Shown here: one piece after another, positions 1 to 9,937 of the stretch
Numbering within the stretch: position 1 is the stretch's first letter
Layout of the letters: every line of letters begins with the position of its first letter
DNA from: Dehalococcoidia bacterium
Lineage (GTDB): Bacteria; Chloroflexota; Dehalococcoidia; Bin125
Reading direction: 5' to 3'
Length of the DNA: 64,000 nt
Assembly: GCA_965261715.1 (NCBI GenBank)
Contig: OZ253471.1
Location: 560,763-624,762, forward strand
The notes under the pieces: generated by a model
The model's input: only the letters and a program-made list of their open reading frames with translations
The model's database searches: none
Told to the model about the DNA's origin: nothing
Position numbers and translations under genes: made by a program

Positions 1-93
1 GACTTCGGCGAGTACGTGTTGGCGATGGTCAACGACTCGACCCTGGACGCTCGTTGGACGACGGCGATTGAAGCCGTACGTGTCGGCGCGTAG
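1..93 (+). CDS. 3' end of an unidentified upstream CDS (partial; continues left of the window)
   Basis: Open frame running in from the window edge to TAG at 91-93. Only 30 codons are visible and there is no recognisable domain. Confidence 0.3.
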   Translation, partial: DFGEYVLAMVNDSTLDARWTTAIEAVRVGA

Positions 94-111
94 AGGATCA
101 CAGGTCTACTC

Positions 112-738
112 ATGGCTGACTCAGTTCGAGTCGAGCGTGCCCGAGCGGAGCGTGCCGAGGCTGGACGCAAAGCAACAGTAATTCGGGCGGACTCGCTTGA
201 GGACCGTGCAAAAAAGTCCGAGAAACAGGCGCGAGACCTGCGTGGGCATCTCGACATGCTTGCCGGCCGCCTGTCGAAAGCCGGCGAGGAAGTCGAGCCG
301 CTGCGCAACGAGCTGCGCGAGGTCAAGACCGAGCTGGAGTCCCTGCGCACGCAAGCTGCTGAGGCGACCGCGTCGGCGGAGTCCGCCAAGGCGCAACTGG
401 CCGAACTGAGCGCGCGCGCTGAATCGGCAGAGCTGGAGCGAGACCGCCTGCGCGGCGAACATCAGGCGCTGACCGAGAAGTCGACCTTCTACGAACAGGC
501 GGCCAAGGAGTCAACGTCCTCATTGGCCGCGGCGTCGGCGGCGCAGGTTGAGGCGGAGAGCAAAGCGAAGGAATTGCAATCGACCCTCGACGAGCGGCAC
601 GAGGAGTTCCGCCAGGAACGCAATCGTCTGAGCCGGGAGAATGAGCGGCTGCAAAAGCAAGTCGAACAGCTAGAGGCCGAAGTCGAAGCGTCGAAGGGCG
701 GACTGGGCGGCGTATTGCGTCGTCGATTTGGCGGTTAG
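112..738 (+). CDS. Coiled-coil hypothetical protein
   Basis: 208 aa that is highly A/E/R/L/K-rich throughout, consistent with a long coiled coil. No enzymatic motif seen. Confidence 0.5.
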   Translation: MADSVRVERARAERAEAGRKATVIRADSLEDRAKKSEKQARDLRGHLDMLAGRLSKAGEEVEPLRNELREVKTELESLRTQAAEATASAESAKAQLAELSARAESAELERDRLRGEHQALTEKSTFYEQAAKESTSSLAAASAAQVEAESKAKELQSTLDERHEEFRQERNRLSRENERLQKQVEQLEAEVEASKGGLGGVLRRRFGG

Positions 739-814
739 CGCTGCCCTCAGCCCATTGTGTAGCCCATTGTGGTAGCGCGATACTGCCGGGTGTCGGTTCG
801 GTAGTTACGATCAG

Positions 815-3800
815 TTGATGCAACGTCCCGACTTACGCACTGCCGCTGCCGAGCGTGTCATCGTGCTCGATGGCGCGACCGGCACGGGTTTGCAACTCCT
901 GGGTCTGTCACTTTCCGACTTCGACGGCCTCGAAGGCTGCAACGAAATTCTCAACATCTCGCGGCCCGACGCGGTGGCGTCGTTGCATGAGTCCTATCTC
1001 GAGGCGGGCGCCGACGCCGTTCTGACCAACACGTTCGGCGCGTCGACCATCACGCTTGGGGATTACGACCTGTCAGAGCGGACGCGTGAGATCAATCGGA
1101 CATCGGCAACCATCGCGCGCGGTGTCGCCGACCGATTCTCGACATCCGAACGACCCCGATACGTGCTCGGTTCAATCGGCCCCGGGACCAAGCTGCCCAC
1201 ACTCGGCCATGTGGGCTTCGATGAAATACACGCGGCCTATCTCGAACAGGCCCGAGGATTGCTCGATGGTGGCGTCGACGCACTGCTGGTCGAGACGGTC
1301 TACGACCTGCTGCAAGGCAAGGCCGCGATTCTGGCCTGCAAAGACGCCCTGGCCGAGTTCAACAGCTCCACGCCTCTGTTCGCGACGGTCACGATCGAGA
1401 CAACCGGACAGATGCTTGTGGGCAGCGAGATCGGCGCGGCGCTCACCGCGCTGGCGCCTCTCGGTCTGGATGGCATCGGGCTTAACTGCGCGACCGGCCC
1501 CGATCTGATGCATGAGCCATTGCGTCATCTGTCGGCCAATGCCGAGACGACGCTGCTCTGCTCGCCCAACGCCGGCCTGCCTCGCACCGAGAACGGGCAG
1601 ATGGTGTACGACCTGACCCCGTCGGCATTGGCCGAAGCTCATCGGACGTTCGTCAGCGAGTATGGCGTCGGCATTGTCGGCGGATGCTGCGGCACGACGC
1701 CGGAACATGTTCGCGCGATGCGCGAGGCGATGAACGGACTCAAGCCTGTCGAGCGACATCCGCAGCCGGAGGCCGGTGCTGCATCGTTATTCGTCTCGAC
1801 TCCGTACCGACAGGATGCGTCATTCCTGATCGTCGGCGAGCGCGCCAACGCGAACGGATCGCGGCGATTCAAGCGATTGCTGCAGAACGAGGAATGGGAG
1901 CAGATGGCGAATGTCATCCGCGACCAGGCCGCCGAAGGCGCGCACATCGCCGATATCTGCGTCGACTTCGTCGGCCGCGACGGTACGCCGGATATGGCCG
2001 AACTGGTCTCACGGGCGCGGGGTTTGTCGACGCTGCCACTGATGCTCGACTCGACCGAGCCGCAGGTGCTGGAGGCGGGGCTGAAGCAGTTGGGTGGCAA
2101 GGCGCTGGTCAACTCGATCAACCTCGAGGACGGCGGCAAGCGGCTCGATCAGACCCTCTCCACCGCGATCCGGTTTGGCGCCGGCGTGGTGGCGTTGGTG
2201 ATCGATGAAGTGGGCCAGGCGCGCACCTGCGAGCGCAAGCTGGAAATCGCGCGTCGGCTGTACAGAATCGCGACCGAGGACTACGGACTCGCGCCCGAGG
2301 ACCTGTTCTTCGACGCGCTAACACTACCGGTCAGTACTGGGCAAGACGACCTGCGCAAAGACGGCCTTGAGACCCTCAACGCCGTCGAGGCAATCTCGCG
2401 AGAGTTTCCGCGGGCTCAGACGATCCTCGGGATCTCCAACATTTCATTCGGCCTCAATCCGGCCGCCCGACAGGTGTTGAACTCTGTCTTCCTGCACGAT
2501 GCCGTGGAGCACGGTCTCAAGGCGGCCATCGTCCACGCGGCGCAGATTCTGCCGATCAATCGGATTCCAGAGGAACAGCTCAAAGCCGCGCGCCGATTGA
2601 TCCTTGATGAATGGGCCAAAGGCCCGGAAGGTCTCGTCGATCCACTTCAGGCGTTCATGGCGCTGTTCGAGGATCAGCAGGCGACCACGCAAGAGCGCGA
2701 CCGCCTTGAGGACCTGCCGCTGGACGAGCGATTGCACCGCCGAATCGTCGATGGCCAACGCGAGGGCCTGGAAGACGATCTCAACGAGGCGCTACAGAAG
2801 CGCGAAGCGATTCCGATCATCAACGATCTGCTGCTGCCGGCGATGCAGGAAGTCGGCGACCTGTTCGGCGCAGGTGACATGCAGCTGCCGTTCGTTTTGC
2901 AATCGGCGCAGACGATGAAGAAGGCAGTCGCCCATCTCGAGCCGCACATGGACAAGCTGGAATCGACCAGCAAGGGTTCCATCGTGCTGGCGACCGTGCG
3001 CGGCGACGTCCACGACATCGGCAAGAACCTGGTCGAGATCATCCTCTCGAACAACGGCTTCACGACGATCAATCTCGGTATCAAGCAGCCGATCTCAAAC
3101 ATCATCGAAGCGGCGATCGAACATAACGCCGACGCGATTGGCCTGTCGGGATTGTTGGTCAAGTCGACGCTGGTGATGAGAGAAGACCTGGAAGAGCTAA
3201 ACCGTCGCGAGCTGTCCGACCGCTGGCCGGTCCTGCTGGGCGGCGCGGCGCTGACCCGCAAGTACGTCGAGTGGGACCTGCGCAACACGTTCCACGGCGA
3301 CGTGTTCTACGGGTCGGACGCGTTCGAGGGTCTCAGGATCATGAACGCGATGAGCGATGGGATCGAGTTGGATACTGAGCCTGTCAAACCAGTAGTTACT
3401 GGTAGTGCTGGCCGGGTTCGATGGGGGGCCGATGCAAGAGGTGCAGTTGGGGTGGCTATGCCTCGTACGGCAACGATTCCTGACGCTCCATTCTTAGGGA
3501 CACGCGTGATACGTGGTCTGCCGCTGTCCGATATTTTCCCCTTCATCAATCGCACTGCGCTGTTGCGAGGACAGTGGGGGTTCAAAGGTCGCGATGCTGA
3601 GACGGTCACTCGGGCTGACCAGGTTCTCTCCGAAATCCAGCAGCAAGCGTTGCGCGACGGCATCCTTGAGCCTGCGGTCGTCTATGGATATTTCCCTGTT
3701 CAGTCCAAGGGCAAAACTCTGATTGTTTACGACACCGACGGCTCAGGCTCGCCGCTGCTCCAATTCTCGTTCCCCCGTCAACAAGGCAAGCAGGGACGCT

Positions 3801-4249
3801 GCCTGGCCGATTATTTCCACTCCGTCAAATCGGGCGAGATGGACGTGATCGGCTTCCACGTGGTCACAATGGGCCCGAGAGTCGGTGAATATGCTCAGCA
3901 GCTCTACGCCGATGACCGTTACCAGGACTATCTCTACTGGCACGGATTCGGCGTTGAGATCGCCGAGGCGCTGGCCGAGTACTGGCATCGGCGAATCCGG
4001 CAGGAGCTGAAGATCGATGGCTCCGACGGCGCGACGCCCGAGGAAATGATCAAGACGAACTACCAGGGCGCGCGCTATTCATTCGGGTATCCCGCCTGTC
4101 CCAACCTCGAGGACCAGGCCCTGCTCTGGCAATTGCTCGACCCGGAACGAATCGGCGTCTCGCTCAGCGACGAGTTCCAGATGCACCCGGAGCAATCGAC
4201 CTCTGCGATGATCGTGCATCATCCCGAAGCGCGATATTTCAGTATCTAG
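815..4249 (+). CDS. metH: B12-dependent methionine synthase (5-methyltetrahydrofolate-homocysteine methyltransferase)
   Basis: 1144 aa with all MetH modules in order. Homocysteine S-methyltransferase domain (GCCGTTP). Pterin-binding domain. B12-binding cap and Rossmann region (DVHDIGKNLV). C-terminal AdoMet reactivation domain. Confidence 0.95.
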   Translation: MMQRPDLRTAAAERVIVLDGATGTGLQLLGLSLSDFDGLEGCNEILNISRPDAVASLHESYLEAGADAVLTNTFGASTITLGDYDLSERTREINRTSATIARGVADRFSTSERPRYVLGSIGPGTKLPTLGHVGFDEIHAAYLEQARGLLDGGVDALLVETVYDLLQGKAAILACKDALAEFNSSTPLFATVTIETTGQMLVGSEIGAALTALAPLGLDGIGLNCATGPDLMHEPLRHLSANAETTLLCSPNAGLPRTENGQMVYDLTPSALAEAHRTFVSEYGVGIVGGCCGTTPEHVRAMREAMNGLKPVERHPQPEAGAASLFVSTPYRQDASFLIVGERANANGSRRFKRLLQNEEWEQMANVIRDQAAEGAHIADICVDFVGRDGTPDMAELVSRARGLSTLPLMLDSTEPQVLEAGLKQLGGKALVNSINLEDGGKRLDQTLSTAIRFGAGVVALVIDEVGQARTCERKLEIARRLYRIATEDYGLAPEDLFFDALTLPVSTGQDDLRKDGLETLNAVEAISREFPRAQTILGISNISFGLNPAARQVLNSVFLHDAVEHGLKAAIVHAAQILPINRIPEEQLKAARRLILDEWAKGPEGLVDPLQAFMALFEDQQATTQERDRLEDLPLDERLHRRIVDGQREGLEDDLNEALQKREAIPIINDLLLPAMQEVGDLFGAGDMQLPFVLQSAQTMKKAVAHLEPHMDKLESTSKGSIVLATVRGDVHDIGKNLVEIILSNNGFTTINLGIKQPISNIIEAAIEHNADAIGLSGLLVKSTLVMREDLEELNRRELSDRWPVLLGGAALTRKYVEWDLRNTFHGDVFYGSDAFEGLRIMNAMSDGIELDTEPVKPVVTGSAGRVRWGADARGAVGVAMPRTATIPDAPFLGTRVIRGLPLSDIFPFINRTALLRGQWGFKGRDAETVTRADQVLSEIQQQALRDGILEPAVVYGYFPVQSKGKTLIVYDTDGSGSPLLQFSFPRQQGKQGRCLADYFHSVKSGEMDVIGFHVVTMGPRVGEYAQQLYADDRYQDYLYWHGFGVEIAEALAEYWHRRIRQELKIDGSDGATPEEMIKTNYQGARYSFGYPACPNLEDQALLWQLLDPERIGVSLSDEFQMHPEQSTSAMIVHHPEARYFSI

Positions 4250-4324
4250 GCCGTCGGCGCGATAGGATGCGTTCGGTTGAACTCGACGCTACAGGGGGAC
4301 TGAGGCTGATGACGCAGGCGCTCC

Positions 4325-5677
4325 ATGGCTGATCTCTTCCGACCGCGTTGGCGCGAGGGCAACGACCCATTCCGCCGGCTGGTCGTACAGACCACGCTGC
4401 GATTCATGGAGGTTGAGGCCGCCGGCGGCATCGTCCTGGTGTTTGCCGCCGTCGTGGCGATGATCTGGGCCAACGTCGACTTCCACGCCTACGAGTCCTT
4501 CTGGCACGCACACATCAAGCTCGACCTGGTGATCTGGTCATTCGACCAGTCGCTGCAGCACGTCGTCAACGACGTGCTAATGGTCGTCTTCTTCCTCGTC
4601 GTCGGCGCCGAGATCAAACGCGAGGTCACCCACGGCGAGTTGCGCAGTGTTCGCCAGGCGGCGTTGCCGATCATCGCCGCGCTCGGTGGCATGTTGGTAC
4701 CGGCCGGCCTCTACGCGATCCTCAACGCAGGCGGCGACGGCTCCTCGGGTTGGGGCATTCCTGTGGCGACAGACATCGCCTTCGCGCTGGGCGTCCTGGC
4801 GCTGGTTGGACGCGGCGTACCTGTTCAACTTAAGATTTTCCTGCTCACGCTCGCCGTCGCCGATGACGTCGGCGGCATTCTGATCATCGCCATCTTCTAC
4901 TCGGAGTCGATCAAGTTCGAGTGGCTGTTGGGCATGGTTGGAGCGGTGGCGTTCCTGCTCCTGCTGAAGCAGTTTGGATTCCGCCACTTCGGCATTCATG
5001 CGCTCGGCGGTGTGTTCCTCTGGTTGACGCTCTGGGAGGCCGGCGTCCACGCGACGCTGGCCGGCGTCATTCTTGGCCTGATCGTCCCCGCCGACGCCCT
5101 GTATAACACCAAAGGCACGGGTCGGCGCATCGACTATCTACTTCAGCGACTGAGATATGTGGAAGAGGACCCTGACCCAGTGGTGCGTGAGCGGGACGCC
5201 CAGGAAACGCTGAGTAACATCCGGCATGTATCCCATGAAGCGACGAGTCCGCTCGAGCGTCTTGAGGAGGGCATGGCGCCGATCTCCGCGTTCATCGTGG
5301 TGCCAATCTTCGCCCTGGCCAATGCGGGAATCCACATCACCGGAGATAGTATTGAGGCGGCGCTCAGCTCCAACATTGCCTGGGGCATATTCATCGGCCT
5401 CTTGCTTGGCAAGTTTGTCGGGATTCTGGGCGTCTCCGCGCTGGCAATCAAACTGGGCATCGCATTCAAGCCGGAGCAACTGCGCTGGTCGCATCTGGCG
5501 GGTGCGGCGCTGCTGGCGGGTATCGGATTCACCGTGGCCATCTTCATCGCCAATCTCAGTTTCGACGCAGAGCAGACCGAGCTGCTCGAGGCGGCCAAGA
5601 TCGGTATCTTCGCGGCGTCCATCGTGGCGGCGGTATTGGGCTTCTCGGTCCTGCGTGGAGTCAAGCCACGTTTTTGA
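4325..5677 (+). CDS. nhaA: Na+/H+ antiporter NhaA
   Basis: 450-aa polytopic membrane protein. The N-terminal 'GGIVLVFAAVVAMIWAN' region and the overall NhaA-family pattern (FFLVVGAEIKRE, AVADDVGGILIIAIFY) match. Confidence 0.85.
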   Translation: MADLFRPRWREGNDPFRRLVVQTTLRFMEVEAAGGIVLVFAAVVAMIWANVDFHAYESFWHAHIKLDLVIWSFDQSLQHVVNDVLMVVFFLVVGAEIKREVTHGELRSVRQAALPIIAALGGMLVPAGLYAILNAGGDGSSGWGIPVATDIAFALGVLALVGRGVPVQLKIFLLTLAVADDVGGILIIAIFYSESIKFEWLLGMVGAVAFLLLLKQFGFRHFGIHALGGVFLWLTLWEAGVHATLAGVILGLIVPADALYNTKGTGRRIDYLLQRLRYVEEDPDPVVRERDAQETLSNIRHVSHEATSPLERLEEGMAPISAFIVVPIFALANAGIHITGDSIEAALSSNIAWGIFIGLLLGKFVGILGVSALAIKLGIAFKPEQLRWSHLAGAALLAGIGFTVAIFIANLSFDAEQTELLEAAKIGIFAASIVAAVLGFSVLRGVKPRF

Positions 5678-5887
5678 CCCGCGCCCTGGCCAATCTGAAA
5701 CAGGCCCATTGATGAGGGAAGAAGAAACGACGCCCAGCGCCGAGAACACAGGCGCAGAGTAATATTGCGCTACACTTCCGACGGCTAACCGCCGTTCGCG
5801 TCTCTGTGCGCGACCGCGATCTGGCCCTGATCGATATCAACAAGAACGAGCGCCGAAGAGCGCTGGACCAAACAGGAGGCGGAATTC

Positions 5888-6754
5888 GTGCAAGCGGTGA
5901 AATATGCCCGCGCCGGCAGCGTGGAAGAGGCAGTTAGCCTCCTGCAAAACGGAGGCGAAACCGCACGTCCGTTGGCAGGCGGAACCGATGTCATCGTGCA
6001 GGCGCGCGAGCGCACGCGGGACATCAACCTGTTCGTCGACATCAAGCACATACCCGAGCTGATGAATATTGAGTACTCAGCCGATTCCGGTCTCACCATC
6101 GGCGCGGGGACTCCGTGTTACCAGCTCTACGGCGACTCCACCATTTCGGATCTTTATCCGGCGCTGGTCGACTCGGCCTCGCTAATTGGTGGCACGGCAA
6201 TTCAGGGCCGTGCTTCTCTGGGCGGCAACCTGTGTAACTCCTCACCGGCAGCCGACGGGATTCCGTCGCTGATCGTGCTCGAGGCTCAGGTGGAAATTGC
6301 CGGGCCAAACGGTCGGCGGACCGTCGCGGTTGAGGACTTCTGTACCGCTCCCGGCCGCAACGTGCTGGAGGCCGGCGAAATCGTCGTCAAGCTCCACTTC
6401 CCGGTACCGGCCGAGGGCTCGGGCGCGCGATTCCTGCGCTTCATTCCTCGCAACGAGATGGACATTGCCGTCGCCAACGCCGCGACGCAGGTTCGCTTCG
6501 ACGGTGACGGGACTGTGACCTGGGCCCGCGTCTCACTCGGCGCGATTGCACCGACGCCATTGCTGGTCTCCGAGGCCGCCGCCGCGCTGGTCGGTCAGCC
6601 GCTCAGCGATGAGACGATCGCGGCTGCTGCCGCGGCGTCGAGCGCTGCGGCCAAACCAATCACCGACATGCGCGGCAGCATTCGCCAGCGGGTCCATCTC
6701 GCCGGCGTGCTCACCGAGCGCACCATCCGACAGGCCGCCGAGCGCGCCGCCTGA
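5888..6754 (+). CDS. Molybdenum hydroxylase FAD-binding (medium, CoxM/XdhB-like) subunit
   Basis: 288 aa with the FAD-binding PCMH-type fold motif 'AGGTDVIV'. It sits first in an M-S-L gene order. GTG start preceded by AGGAGG. Confidence 0.85.
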   Translation: MQAVKYARAGSVEEAVSLLQNGGETARPLAGGTDVIVQARERTRDINLFVDIKHIPELMNIEYSADSGLTIGAGTPCYQLYGDSTISDLYPALVDSASLIGGTAIQGRASLGGNLCNSSPAADGIPSLIVLEAQVEIAGPNGRRTVAVEDFCTAPGRNVLEAGEIVVKLHFPVPAEGSGARFLRFIPRNEMDIAVANAATQVRFDGDGTVTWARVSLGAIAPTPLLVSEAAAALVGQPLSDETIAAAAAASSAAAKPITDMRGSIRQRVHLAGVLTERTIRQAAERAA

Positions 6755-6792
6755 GCCATCAGATTCGATCGATTAACGGAGGAACATCTTCC

Positions 6793-7275
6793 ATGCCCAG
6801 CACCGAACACATCGTCGTGAGCTGCACCATCAACGGCGAGCAGCAAGTCTTTCTGGCCAACGAGCGCGACTCCCTGCTCGAGGCGCTGCGTGACCGGATC
6901 GGACTGACCGGCGCCAAAGAGGGTTGCAACAACGGCAACTGCGGCGCTTGCTGCGTCAACATGGACGGCCGGATCGTCAATAGCTGCCTCGTGATGGCAG
7001 CCGAATGCGAAGGCGCTGAGATCCGCACCGTCGAGGGACTGGCCACTGGCGACCAACTGTCGCCGTTGCAGAACGCCTTCCTTGAGCAGGCCGCGCTGCA
7101 GTGCGGCATCTGCACGCCGGGATTCCTCGTCGCTGCTGAATCGCTGCTCGAACAGAACTCCGACCCGACGGAACACGAGATCCGCTACTGGCTGGCCGGC
7201 AACCTCTGTCGCTGCACCGGCTACGACAAGATCATCAAGGCCGTCCAGCAGGCCGCTGGCCAGAGCGTCGTCTAA
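6793..7275 (+). CDS. Molybdenum hydroxylase [2Fe-2S] small (CoxS-like) subunit
   Basis: 160 aa carrying two cysteine clusters (CNNGNCGACCV and CGICTPGF...CRCTGY) typical of the CoxS/XdhC iron-sulfur subunit. Confidence 0.9.
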   Translation: MPSTEHIVVSCTINGEQQVFLANERDSLLEALRDRIGLTGAKEGCNNGNCGACCVNMDGRIVNSCLVMAAECEGAEIRTVEGLATGDQLSPLQNAFLEQAALQCGICTPGFLVAAESLLEQNSDPTEHEIRYWLAGNLCRCTGYDKIIKAVQQAAGQSVV

Positions 7276-7353
7276 CACCGACGGCTACACGCCGTCCGAT
7301 ATCGACGGTCATAGGCCGTCACACGTTGAGCACCACAAGAGAGGACTCCTCGC

Positions 7354-9654
7354 ATGGTCACCGCACAGTCGCAACCACAGTCCAGGGAAACCGAGCAGTA
7401 CAACGTCATCGGGACCCGACCGATCCGGCACGACGGTGTCGACAAGGTCACCGGCGCCGCGCAGTACGGCGCGGATCTGAGCCTGCCCGGCATGCTCGCC
7501 GGCCGCGTCCTGCGCAGCCCGCATGCCCACGCACGAATCGTCAGCATTGATACGTCCAAGGCCGAGGCTCTGGAGGGCGTGTTGGCAGTGATCACCAACG
7601 CCGACTTCCCCCGCGCCTCCGACGAGGTGATCGACACCGGCGAAGGCAGCGCTCAGCTCAACTGGGTGCTGGACAACGTCATCGCCTCGACCAAGGTGCT
7701 CTACAAGGGCCACGCGGTAGCAGCCGTCGCCGCGACCGACCACCACATCGCCGAGGACGCGCTCGAACTGATCGACGTCGAGTACGAGTTGCTCACGCCG
7801 GTCCTCGACGTCCGCGACGCCATGGTCGACGGTTCGCCGCTGCTCCACGACAGCCTGCACACGGGCGAAATGGACGGCTCCAAAAGCGACAACGCCAGCA
7901 ACACCGCGTCGCACCTACAGTTCGCCAAGGGTGACCTGGATGCAGGCTTCGCAGATGCCGACGTGGTCATCGAGCGCGAGTTCGAGACCTCGATGGCGCA
8001 CCAGGGCTACATCGAGCCACACAACGGCACCGCCTACTACCGCGCCGACGGCACGCTCGATATCTGGACCTCGACCCAGGGCGCATTCGTCGTCCGCGAC
8101 TCCGTTGCGCCGCTGCTCCAGCTTTCACCGTCGCGGGTGAAGGTGACGCCGATGGAGATCGGCGGCGGCTTCGGCGGCAAGATTCCCGTCTACCTCGAGC
8201 CACTGGCGGCGCTGCTCTCGCAGAAGACCGGCCGCCCGGTCCAGCTGACGATGAACCGCGAGGAAGTGCTGCTCGCCACAGGCCCGACCTCGGGCACCTA
8301 CATGCGGGTGCGCATGGGCGCGAAGCGCGACGGCACGCTGACTGCCGCCGACGTTCACCTGGCATTCGAGGCCGGCGCCTACCCTGGCTCGCCGGTCGGC
8401 GCCGGCGCGATGTGCGCCCTCGCCCCCTACGACATTCCCAGCCAGCGGATCGACGGCTACGACGTGGTCGTGAACAAGCCGAAGACCGCCGCCTACCGCG
8501 CACCCGGTGCGCCACAATCCGAGTTCGCCACCGAATCGGTGCTCAACGAGCTCGCCGAAGAGTTGGGCATCGACCCGCTTGAGATTCGGTTGCAGAACGC
8601 CTGCGAAGAGGGCGCTCAGCGTGCCGACGGCTTCACCTACGGCGTGATCGGCAATGTCGAGTGCATGACCGCTGCCCAGGAGTCGCCGCACTGGCAGTCG
8701 GAGCTCGAAGGCCCCAACCGCGGACGCGGCGTGGCCCACGGCTTCTGGTTCAACATCGGCTTCGAGTCCTCCGCTTACGCGCAGGTCAACGACGACGGCA
8801 CCGTTCCTCTGGTGCTCGGCTCGACCGACATCGGCGGCACACGAGCCTCGCTCGCGATGCAACTGGCTGAAACCCTCGGCATTTCGGCTGAGGAAGTGCG
8901 ACCGCACGTGGTCGACACCAACTCCGTCGGCTACACGCAGGTCACCGGCGGCAGCCGCACGACCTTCGCCGGTGGCTGGGCCGCCTACGAGACCGCCATG
9001 GACATCCGTCGCCAGATGGAAGAGCGCGCCGCCGTGATCTGGGAGTGCGACGCTGCGGACATCACCTACGGCGACGACGCGATCGTCCGCGGACCGGCCG
9101 ACGAGGATGGCAACGACCGCCAGTTCACCTTCAAGGAGCTCGCTGGCCAGCTCGCCTCGACCGGTGGCCGCATCGTTGGCCGTGCGGACGTCAACAAGAC
9201 CTCCAGCGGTCCCGCCTTCGCGACGCACATCGTCGATGTCGAAGTTGATCCCGAAACAGGCAAGGTGGATGTCCTTCGTTACACCGCGGTCCAGGACGCC
9301 GGCACCGCGATTCACCCCGCATACGTCGAGGGACAGATGCAGGGCGGCGTCGCGCAGGGCGTCGGCATGGCGCTGAACGAGGAGTACTACTACGACGACT
9401 CCGGCGATCTCAAGAACGCCAGCCTGCTTGACTACCGCATGCCGACCGCGCTCGACCTGCCGATGATCGAGCCGATCATCGTCGAGGTCCCGAACCCCGG
9501 TCATCCCTACGGTGTGCGCGGCGTCGGCGAAGTCCCGATCATTCCGCCGGCCCCGGCCATGCGCGCCGCCATCGCCAACGCGATCGGCGTGCACATGTCA
9601 GCGCTGCCGATGTCGCCGCGCGCCATCCTCGAAGCGACCGTGCTCGAGGAGTAA
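7354..9654 (+). CDS. Xanthine dehydrogenase-family molybdopterin-binding large (CoxL-like) subunit
   Basis: 766 aa with aldehyde oxidase/xanthine dehydrogenase a/b hammerhead and MoCo-binding regions. It has AYRAPG rather than the form-I CODH VAYRCSFR loop, so substrate is not assigned. Confidence 0.9.
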   Translation: MVTAQSQPQSRETEQYNVIGTRPIRHDGVDKVTGAAQYGADLSLPGMLAGRVLRSPHAHARIVSIDTSKAEALEGVLAVITNADFPRASDEVIDTGEGSAQLNWVLDNVIASTKVLYKGHAVAAVAATDHHIAEDALELIDVEYELLTPVLDVRDAMVDGSPLLHDSLHTGEMDGSKSDNASNTASHLQFAKGDLDAGFADADVVIEREFETSMAHQGYIEPHNGTAYYRADGTLDIWTSTQGAFVVRDSVAPLLQLSPSRVKVTPMEIGGGFGGKIPVYLEPLAALLSQKTGRPVQLTMNREEVLLATGPTSGTYMRVRMGAKRDGTLTAADVHLAFEAGAYPGSPVGAGAMCALAPYDIPSQRIDGYDVVVNKPKTAAYRAPGAPQSEFATESVLNELAEELGIDPLEIRLQNACEEGAQRADGFTYGVIGNVECMTAAQESPHWQSELEGPNRGRGVAHGFWFNIGFESSAYAQVNDDGTVPLVLGSTDIGGTRASLAMQLAETLGISAEEVRPHVVDTNSVGYTQVTGGSRTTFAGGWAAYETAMDIRRQMEERAAVIWECDAADITYGDDAIVRGPADEDGNDRQFTFKELAGQLASTGGRIVGRADVNKTSSGPAFATHIVDVEVDPETGKVDVLRYTAVQDAGTAIHPAYVEGQMQGGVAQGVGMALNEEYYYDDSGDLKNASLLDYRMPTALDLPMIEPIIVEVPNPGHPYGVRGVGEVPIIPPAPAMRAAIANAIGVHMSALPMSPRAILEATVLEE

Positions 9655-9673
9655 TACCAGACGTAGGCGGCAC

Positions 9674-9937
9674 GTGGTCACCGTCCTCATCCCTCAGCCG
9701 CTCAGGACCCTCACCAACGGTGAGGCTGTCCTGACGGCTGAGGGTCACAACATCCGCGCAGTCATCCGAGACCTCGCCCCGAAGTACCCCAAACTCGCCG
9801 AACGCCTGGTCAACGAAGGCAAAATCGGACGTGGCATCTCACTAGCCATCAACGGAGACGTAGTCTCAACGGGTCTAATCACCAAGGTCCCTGAGGGAGC
9901 CGAGATCGCAATCGTCCCGCAAATCAGCGGCGGCTAG
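9674..9937 (+). CDS. MoaD/ThiS-family sulfur-carrier protein (C-terminal Gly-Gly)
   Basis: GTG at 9674 begins about 87 aa ending in '...IVPQISGG*'. Small beta-grasp-like sequence lying 19 nt downstream of the Mo-enzyme large subunit. Confidence 0.65.
   Translation: MVTVLIPQPLRTLTNGEAVLTAEGHNIRAVIRDLAPKYPKLAERLVNEGKIGRGISLAINGDVVSTGLITKVPEGAEIAIVPQISGG

Noticed and set aside
739-814. Cobalamin or SAM riboswitch upstream of metH.
   Set aside because: The intergenic space is only 76 bp, far too short, and contains no B12-box or SAM-I helices.
7967-9594. Long ORFs (182 aa and 489 aa) on the minus strand antisense to the molybdenum hydroxylase large subunit. Similar Arg/Gly/Pro-rich ORFs are antisense to metH, nadB, dxr and others.
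   Set aside because: Their composition is the typical high-GC out-of-frame artefact (R/G/A/P-rich, no motifs). They overlap strongly supported genes on the other strand.
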